Shown here: positions 25,383 to 32,000 of the stretch, piece after piece | Numbering within the stretch: position 1 is the stretch's first letter | Layout: the number at the start of each line of letters is the position of its first letter | Origin: Alphaproteobacteria bacterium | GTDB taxonomy: Bacteria; Pseudomonadota; Alphaproteobacteria; Rs-D84 | DNA: 32,000 bases | Direction: 5' to 3' | NCBI GenBank assembly: GCA_017475605.1 | Contig: JAFVFD010000005.1 | Span: 300,001-332,000 of the forward strand | Position numbers and translations under genes: made by a program | The notes under the pieces: generated by a model | Databases searched by the model: none | The model's input: only the letters and a program-made list of their open reading frames with translations | Told to the model about the DNA's origin: nothing

Positions 25383-27676
25383 TATTTTTTACGTCTTATA
25401 AATTTTCGTGTGCTTGGTTTTTTGTTGTTAATCAAATCTATTGCTGTTTCCAAATCAGGTTTTTCTTTAACAGAAACATTTACACGATTTGATGATATAT
25501 ACGCACCATATCGGCCGGTTGGATAATAATATATTTCGGCATCGGTTATCGGGTTTTTACCCAGTTTTTCAGGTTCTGCTTTTTTAACTTCGCCGGATAA
25601 TAATTCACGTGCAATTTCCAAAGTTATTGTGTCGGCGGTATATTTTTTAGCCGATACATTTTTTTTTCCATTGGTTACATATGGGCCATAACGACCTGTT
25701 TTAAATGATATTCCGTCCCCCAGGTCGATATCTGTATGTACAGGTTTTGTTGGGGTTTCGCCACTGTTATCATTATTATCTGAATTATCTGAACTTTGAA
25801 CTTTTAACTTTGAACTTTCATCTAACTTTTGTGTGTAATTACATTTTGGGTAATTTTCACAGCCAATAAATGCACCAAATTTAGATAATTTTATTCCCAG
25901 TTTGCCACCACATTGTGGGCATTTATCATTTCCATCAATAAATAAATGTTTGTGCATAAAATTATTTATCTGGTTTATAATTTCAGTTGTTGTAATACCA
26001 CGCGCACCATCAATCATTTTTTCGGTGGGTCGCCAGAAATCATTTAATGCATCAAGTTTTTGTGTTTTTCCATTTGATACATCGTCCAGTGTATCTTCTG
26101 TTTTTGCTGTAAAATTAACATCAACCAATTCTGTAAAATATTTATCCAAATACGATGCGATTACCCATCCACCAGATGTCGGATGAAAACGATGTTGTTT
26201 ATCTTGTTCAACATAATTACGATCAACAATAGTACTCATAATCGTCGCGTATGTTGATGGACGACCTATGCCCAGTTCTTCCAGTTTTTTAACCAGTGAT
26301 GCTTCGGTATATCGTGCTGGTGGTTGGGTAAAGTGCTGTTCTGGTAATAATGATTTTATATCAATTTTATCACCAATATTCATCGGTGGTAATTTTGTGT
26401 CGCTATCATCATCTTCATCATCACGCGTTTCAATATATACACGCATAAAACCATCAAATGTACGTGTTGTTCCAACAGCATGGAAAATAGCTATATGATT
26501 ATCTGTTTCAATATCAGCAGAAACAGAATCAAATTCTGCATTTGTCATTTGACATGCAATTGTACGTTTCCATATTAATTCGTATAATTTCGCTTCGTCC
26601 CCGGATAATTTATGTTCAGAACCATCAAAATGTGTTGGGCGGATTGCTTCGTGTGCTTCCTGGGCATTTTTAGATTTTGTAACATATATATTTGGTTTTG
26701 CCGGTACAAAATTATCACCATATGTTTTTCCAATATATGCGCGAATTTCATTTACCGCATCAACCGATAAATTAGTTGCGTCCGTACGCATATATGTGAT
26801 TAAACCAGCCTCGTACAACTTTTGTGCGGCGGCCATAGTGCGTTTAGATGAAAAATATAATTTACGCGCCGCTTCCTGTTGTAAAGTACTTGTGGTGAAT
26901 GGTGCGGCACTGTGTCTTGATATTTTTTTCTTTTCGATATTTTTAACAGTTGCCGGAATAACAGGACTGCCAATTTTATCCAAGATATCATCAACCATTG
27001 ATTTATTTTCAATGGTCATTTTATCTATTTTTTTACCATTAAACGAAATCAACGATGATTTAAAATATGATTTATTTATATTACATTCTGCGTCAACAGA
27101 CCAGTATTCAACCGGTTTGAAATCTTCTATTTCGCGTTCACGATCAACAACTAATTTAACCGCAACACTTTGTACACGACCTGCACTTTTGCCCAGATTA
27201 CGCCGCCAAAGTAATGGCGAAATACCAAAACCAATTAAATAATCTAATGCGCGACGAACCATATACGCATCAACCAAATTATCATCGATTTCACGCGGAT
27301 TTTCAATTGCTGCTAAAACGGCTTTCTTGGTAATTTCATGAAAAGCAACACGATATACCGGTTTTCCATTTAATAATTTTTTAGATTTTAATATATCAAG
27401 AATATGCCAGGCAATAGCCTCGCCTTCGCGGTCAGGGTCGGATGCAAGATATACCGCATCAGCCTTTTTTAATTCATCGGTAATAAGTTTTAATTGTTTT
27501 TCTTTGCCGGGCATAATTTGCCAACGCATTTTAAAATCGTGTTCGGTATCAACACTGCCGTTTTCCGGGACCAAATCACGAACATGACCAACAGACGCAA
27601 TAACGCGCCACCCGTTTCCCAGGTATTTTTCTATTGTTTTTGCCTTTGATGGTGATTCGACTATTAAAAGATTCAT
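25382..27676 (-). CDS. topA: DNA topoisomerase I
   Basis: Contains Toprim MNLLIVESPSKAKTIEKYLG and the active-site region LITYMRTDA. It has one Zn-ribbon (CPQCGG...CENYPKC) and C-terminal GRYGPYV/GRYGAYI repeats. The stop overlaps the dnaG start (TAATG). Confidence 0.95.
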   Translation of the reverse strand: MNLLIVESPSKAKTIEKYLGNGWRVIASVGHVRDLVPENGSVDTEHDFKMRWQIMPGKEKQLKLITDELKKADAVYLASDPDREGEAIAWHILDILKSKKLLNGKPVYRVAFHEITKKAVLAAIENPREIDDNLVDAYMVRRALDYLIGFGISPLLWRRNLGKSAGRVQSVAVKLVVDREREIEDFKPVEYWSVDAECNINKSYFKSSLISFNGKKIDKMTIENKSMVDDILDKIGSPVIPATVKNIEKKKISRHSAAPFTTSTLQQEAARKLYFSSKRTMAAAQKLYEAGLITYMRTDATNLSVDAVNEIRAYIGKTYGDNFVPAKPNIYVTKSKNAQEAHEAIRPTHFDGSEHKLSGDEAKLYELIWKRTIACQMTNAEFDSVSADIETDNHIAIFHAVGTTRTFDGFMRVYIETRDDEDDDSDTKLPPMNIGDKIDIKSLLPEQHFTQPPARYTEASLVKKLEELGIGRPSTYATIMSTIVDRNYVEQDKQHRFHPTSGGWVIASYLDKYFTELVDVNFTAKTEDTLDDVSNGKTQKLDALNDFWRPTEKMIDGARGITTTEIINQINNFMHKHLFIDGNDKCPQCGGKLGIKLSKFGAFIGCENYPKCNYTQKLDESSKLKVQSSDNSDNNDNSGETPTKPVHTDIDLGDGISFKTGRYGPYVTNGKKNVSAKKYTADTITLEIARELLSGEVKKAEPEKLGKNPITDAEIYYYPTGRYGAYISSNRVNVSVKEKPDLETAIDLINNKKPSTRKFIRRKK

Positions 27677-27679
27677 TTT

Positions 27680-28828
27680 TTAGCTTCCTTTGGCAGATAA
27701 TTGTTGGTCTTTGTGTATATGGGCATTTTGTGCCAAACCAAACCCAAACATCAGTGCAAGCAAACTGCTGCCGCCAAAAGACATTAACGGCAACGGCACA
27801 CCGACAGTTGGCATCAATCCCAAAACCATTGAAATATTTATAAGATAATAAATAAAAAAGTTCAACATAAAACCAAAACACATTAATTGACCAAACCGAT
27901 TTCGGCAGGTTTTAGCACACCAAAACAGCACCATTATTATCCATGTATATATAGCCAGTAATGTAAATGCGCCAATAAATCCGAATTCTTCGCCCAACAT
28001 AGTGTAAATAAAATCAGTCTGTTTTTCAGGTAAAAACGATTGTTGTGATTGTGAGCCATGCATATATCCCTGGCCAAAAATACCACCGCTGCCAAATGCT
28101 ATTTTTGCCTGATTTATCTGATATCCGACACCACGCGCATCATGGTCTGGATTTATAAATGTAATAATGCGATTCCGTTGATAATCATGCATGCCACCAT
28201 ACCACATAACTGGTGCCGCCATAATTCCCAGAATCATCGCGATAATAAACCATTTTTTTGGCGCGCCAACAATATAAAACATACCAACGGTAATAAGCCC
28301 CAATGATAATGCTGTGCCCAGGTCCGGTTGCATCACAATAAGGCCAAACGGCAACAACAACATTATTCCTGGCACTATATAATTTTTAAATTGTGCAACC
28401 TCGACCGAATTCATCCACGCAAAATAACGCGCCAATGCCATAACCAAGGCTATTTTTATAAACTCTGATGGTTGTATTGTTATAAAACCGATATTAAGCC
28501 ACCGTTGTGCACCCATGCCCGTGTGCCCAACAAATGTAACCAATATAATCATTAAAAGCGCGATTGCGTATATAACATTTGCAGACTTAATCCATAATTT
28601 AATATTTGAAAACGCAGCAATAAAAAATACAACAAAACCTAATAACATTTTTGTTAATTGCGACAACGCAAATGGTTGCCATGAACCATGACCAGCGGAA
28701 TATAATACAACAACAGAAAGCGCCAAAACAATGCACATAGGCGTAAATAATGCCCATGAAAAACGCGCCATCTTTTCGGAAAGCGTCATCATATTAGCGT
28801 TTGAAACACGTGTTTGCCCATGTTGCAT
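27680..28828 (-). CDS. rodA: Peptidoglycan glycosyltransferase RodA (SEDS family)
   Basis: 382-aa polytopic protein with VVLYSAG, QPSEFIKIAL, LPEKQTDFIYTMLGEEFGFIG and GVPLPLMSFGGSS, the SEDS motifs. It lies downstream of PBP2. Confidence 0.9.
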   Translation of the reverse strand: MQHGQTRVSNANMMTLSEKMARFSWALFTPMCIVLALSVVVLYSAGHGSWQPFALSQLTKMLLGFVVFFIAAFSNIKLWIKSANVIYAIALLMIILVTFVGHTGMGAQRWLNIGFITIQPSEFIKIALVMALARYFAWMNSVEVAQFKNYIVPGIMLLLPFGLIVMQPDLGTALSLGLITVGMFYIVGAPKKWFIIAMILGIMAAPVMWYGGMHDYQRNRIITFINPDHDARGVGYQINQAKIAFGSGGIFGQGYMHGSQSQQSFLPEKQTDFIYTMLGEEFGFIGAFTLLAIYTWIIMVLFWCAKTCRNRFGQLMCFGFMLNFFIYYLINISMVLGLMPTVGVPLPLMSFGGSSLLALMFGFGLAQNAHIHKDQQLSAKGS

Positions 28829-28829
28829 T

Positions 28830-30605
28830 TTATACCCCAGACTTTAATAGTTCGCGCATAACTGCCGCGGCTGTTCGTGCCGCAGGTCCAGATCCGCCCG
28901 CATGTTCGGTTATTACACAAACCACATATTTAGGATTGTCGGTTGGTGCAAACCCAACAAAAAGACCATGGTTGCGCATATGCCATTGTAATTGTTCATT
29001 TGTTAAAACACCGCGTTGACGTTCCGCGCGTGATATACTGCGAACCTGGGAAGTTCCGGTTTTTCCACCCATACGCGCACCATCAATATTTATCGCACTG
29101 CCCGCGGCGGTACCACCAGGTTTTGTAACTTCTTCCAGACCTTTAAGAACATATTTTATATTTTGTTCTTTTAGGTTAAGATTCGCAAATCTTGGATTTT
29201 TATCGGACATTATAAGTCGTGGTTTTACAACCTTGTTCGATACGACGCGTGCCAACATTGTCGCCAATTGCAGACAATTAACAAGGATAAATCCCTGGCC
29301 GATACCTGAAATAACAGTGTCGCCATTAACCCATTGTGTGCCTGTATTTTTTTCCTTCCACTTTTTATCTGGAATAATACCCGGCATTTCGCGCGCCAAA
29401 ATATCACCCATATATTTTTCGGTGAATCCCAATTTGACCGCCATACGTTTAATCGCATCAATTCCAATTTTTAATGCCAGTTGATAAAAATATATGTCGC
29501 ATGAATGTTTAAGTGCGCCGACCATATCAACACGACCATGCCCCTTGTGTTCCCAACAATGATAACGCCGGTCGCCATAGTCCCAATGACCCGGGCAAAA
29601 TACAGTTTGTTTTGGTGATATTGCGCCAGATTCCAATGCGGCCAATGCAACAACTATTTTAAATGTGGAACCGGGGGGATATAAACCTTCGACCGTTTTA
29701 TTCATAAACGGTTTTGCAACATCGGTTACAAGTGATGCGATATATTCATCGCCATCATCAGATGTAAAAAGGTTCGCATCAAAACCAGGTGTCGAAACCA
29801 TTGCCAATATATCACCGTTTTCAACATTTAGCGCAACACCACACCCCGCACGATGCGTGGTAAGTGCATCATATAACACACGTTGTGCACCTTCGTGAAT
29901 TGTTGTTTGTAAATCAAGTCCTGGTATTGGTGCGACATATTGTGATTTGTCTTCGCCGGTAACACGACCAACAGCATTTGTAATCATAACCGTTTGTCCG
30001 GGTGTCCCAGCCAAATCATTATTATACCTTTTTTCCAACCCTGTAATTCCGGTTGTATAGAAAGGTGCCGCCGCAATTGGTTTTGCAGGTTCGCCTACAT
30101 AGCCCAAAAATTGTGAACCGGCCGGCCCCATTTCATAAATACGCGCAAACCCATTCGCCACCCGTAACCCAGGCAGATTTTTTGCCTGTATTTTTGCTAA
30201 TTCAGACCAATCTGTATTCTGACTTACCAATACAGGCTGAAAAGCCGGTTGTTTCGCGATTTTTTCGCGTATCTTTTTTACCCTTTTTTCCCGCAGGTTT
30301 AATTCATGCGCAACTGTATCAACCAAACTGTCCACATCGTCCGATTCTTCGGGAACGATGTATATGCGGTAAATTGGCGTATCGCGCGAAAGTGGGGTAC
30401 CATTTCTTGATAATATTTTTCCGCGTGGTGGCATATTTATTTGAATGCGAAAAGAATTATTTTCGCTTTGTTTCAAATAAGATTTATGATTAAACACCTG
30501 CATCTGTAACATACGCAATACCAACACAGATGTTAAAATTGCGCCACCCCCAAGAAACAGTGCACTGCGACGATCGAAAAGATTTGATATTTCTTTATCT
30601 ATCAC
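28830..30605 (-). CDS. mrdA: Penicillin-binding protein 2 (elongasome transpeptidase)
   Basis: 591 aa with an N-terminal TM anchor, SxxK (GSTFKIV), SxD/N (HSCD) and KTGT (GGKTGTSQV), in the mreCD-mrdA-rodA context. Confidence 0.9.
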   Translation of the reverse strand: MIDKEISNLFDRRSALFLGGGAILTSVLVLRMLQMQVFNHKSYLKQSENNSFRIQINMPPRGKILSRNGTPLSRDTPIYRIYIVPEESDDVDSLVDTVAHELNLREKRVKKIREKIAKQPAFQPVLVSQNTDWSELAKIQAKNLPGLRVANGFARIYEMGPAGSQFLGYVGEPAKPIAAAPFYTTGITGLEKRYNNDLAGTPGQTVMITNAVGRVTGEDKSQYVAPIPGLDLQTTIHEGAQRVLYDALTTHRAGCGVALNVENGDILAMVSTPGFDANLFTSDDGDEYIASLVTDVAKPFMNKTVEGLYPPGSTFKIVVALAALESGAISPKQTVFCPGHWDYGDRRYHCWEHKGHGRVDMVGALKHSCDIYFYQLALKIGIDAIKRMAVKLGFTEKYMGDILAREMPGIIPDKKWKEKNTGTQWVNGDTVISGIGQGFILVNCLQLATMLARVVSNKVVKPRLIMSDKNPRFANLNLKEQNIKYVLKGLEEVTKPGGTAAGSAINIDGARMGGKTGTSQVRSISRAERQRGVLTNEQLQWHMRNHGLFVGFAPTDNPKYVVCVITEHAGGSGPAARTAAAVMRELLKSGV

Positions 30606-31053
30606 GATGCACCACCCGTATAAGATTTGTTATTGGTAAATAAAGCGCAACCATCCACGCAAATGTCCATATAAGCCGACCAAACACCGTCCAATTTATA
30701 TGTATTATTTCAGATAATACTAGCCCAACACCCACAAATACCATAAAGAAGTCTATTGCGTTATATTCAAGTTCTGGTAAATCTACGATAAATTGAAAAC
30801 CATTTATCGCATAGCAAAGGCAATAAATAATTGTCCAATAACAAAGTCGCCCCAAATTATAATCAATTAAAAAACAAAACAATAAACCAAATGGCATAAA
30901 CCATGGAACCGGCCGAATGAATGTACAATAAAATATCGGAACAAGTGCCAGTATCCCACCTGGATTCCAAAACGGAATTGCCAATCGCCACAAAAATACA
31001 ACCGTTAAAAACGGAAATGCGGCGCGTAAAAAATTAACAATTTTTTCAATCAT
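30595..31053 (-). CDS. mreD: Rod shape-determining protein MreD
   Basis: 152-aa polytopic membrane protein located between mreC and mrdA. It has an ATGA overlap with mreC. Confidence 0.75.
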   Translation of the reverse strand: MIEKIVNFLRAAFPFLTVVFLWRLAIPFWNPGGILALVPIFYCTFIRPVPWFMPFGLLFCFLIDYNLGRLCYWTIIYCLCYAINGFQFIVDLPELEYNAIDFFMVFVGVGLVLSEIIHINWTVFGRLIWTFAWMVALYLPITNLIRVVHRDR

Positions 31054-31871
31054 TTGTATTCTGTTTCGGTGTCGAATTGTAATACAATTACACGCGACAG
31101 TGTGCCGGGTTGTAATACATCAACATCTGTCTGATTCTTCATTTTTCCGACATAAATACCTGCGGGTAAAACACCGCTTATATTACTGGTAATTAAACTT
31201 AAATCTGCGGCGGCACGAAATTGAGGATCGCTAAAAAATCCAATTGTTGGGGTCGCAGAACCGTTGCCTGATAGAAAACCATAAACCTCGTACCCGGCGA
31301 TACGGACGGCAATATTTGTGTCAGAATCTGTAACCGCACGTACACGCGCAAAACCAGCCCCCGCATCAATAACCATACCCGCAAATTGATTTGAAGTAGA
31401 TACCACGACCATACCGGGCGCAATACCATCATTTGTTCCGCGGTTTATTATAAATATATTATGGTGTAATGCGCGGTAATCATGAATAACATCCGCAATA
31501 ATTGCCTTGTGCGGTATTTGCGCGACAATACCTATTTCATTTGCCATTTTTTTGTTTTCAGCAATAGATATTTCGCATTGTGTGCGGGTTGCCATTGCTT
31601 CGTCCAGGCGGACGCGTAATTCTTCGTTTTCTGCGCGCAGGGTCGATAATTCGTGTAAATTATCAAACATATCGCCCACAACACGTACCGGCCATGTTAT
31701 AACATCACCAACCGCATTTGCCACAGGTAACACAATATGCGCCAGACCGTTCATTATACGATAGTCAGGCTTTGCAATCATGATATAGATAAACAGAACA
31801 GGCAAAACCGCCGCCGCCGCCGCGGATTTTATAATTGTCATGATTTTGGAATATACCGAAGTCTGTATCAT
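31050..31871 (-). CDS. mreC: Rod shape-determining protein MreC
   Basis: 273 aa with an N-terminal TM segment, the coiled coil LSTLRAENEELRVRLDEA and beta-rich domains containing GMVVVS...FAGMVI and GVLPAGIYVGKM. Confidence 0.85.
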   Translation of the reverse strand: MIQTSVYSKIMTIIKSAAAAAVLPVLFIYIMIAKPDYRIMNGLAHIVLPVANAVGDVITWPVRVVGDMFDNLHELSTLRAENEELRVRLDEAMATRTQCEISIAENKKMANEIGIVAQIPHKAIIADVIHDYRALHHNIFIINRGTNDGIAPGMVVVSTSNQFAGMVIDAGAGFARVRAVTDSDTNIAVRIAGYEVYGFLSGNGSATPTIGFFSDPQFRAAADLSLITSNISGVLPAGIYVGKMKNQTDVDVLQPGTLSRVIVLQFDTETEYK

Positions 31872-32000
31872 CGGTTTTCAGTTTAATCACCAAAAACCGA
31901 ATACGCAATAAAAACTTGATTTTTTGTTTTATTATGCCAGAATATAGGCAAGTTAGGTGTCCAAAGTGGCATATGGCAGCCATCAGGACGATTAAAAAAA

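Noticed and set aside
31765-31983. 72-aa minus-strand ORF overlapping the mreC start and upstream region
   Set aside because: It overlaps the mreC N-terminus out of frame and has a Gly-run and low-complexity sequence. The region 31872-32000 is more likely the mreC upstream/promoter region, but no convincing -35/-10 pair was found, so none is reported.

Overview
This is an AT-rich bacterial chromosome segment that looks alphaproteobacterial and endosymbiont-like. That placement rests on protein motifs only: the GyrB N-terminus, the GRYGPY repeats in TopA, a Cys-less L36, and a chromosomal CI-like HTH with an RWPST motif. It is an inference, not a search result. Most of the window is tightly packed housekeeping. 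It contains a flavodoxin fragment, tRNA-Met, a PagL-like deacylase, ung, a GT2 glycosyltransferase, an HhH-GPD glycosylase-like gene coupled to gyrB, lpxC-lpxK plus a DUF374 acyltransferase, tRNA-fMet, rmlA/C/D, rpmJ, a lone SufD-like gene, ychF, and a co-directional mreC-mreD-mrdA-rodA-topA-dnaG string. Five non-housekeeping regions stand out. (1) A self-contained four-gene operon at 7064-11732 matches the PilO-PilP-PilQ-PilR core of type IVb (R64/PAPI-1-like) pili but has no pilin, secretin or prepilin peptidase nearby and is bracketed by terminators. (2) An isolated virB3-virB4 pair is coupled to a very AT-rich secreted HExxH protein. (3) Upstream of that pair, a 300-bp control region is packed with TCAACAATTT/AAATTGTTAA repeats and a 16-bp palindrome. 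(4) A perfect 56-nt duplication of the tRNA-fMet 3' end flanks a 183-bp insert, which reads as an att-like scar. (5) A two-gene cassette diverges from the gyrB promoter and encodes a small unknown protein plus an enlarged RusA-like nuclease with an intact DxD...DD motif. No CRISPR array, transposase, integrase or rRNA was seen. All functional calls come from reading motifs by eye; no database search was run.
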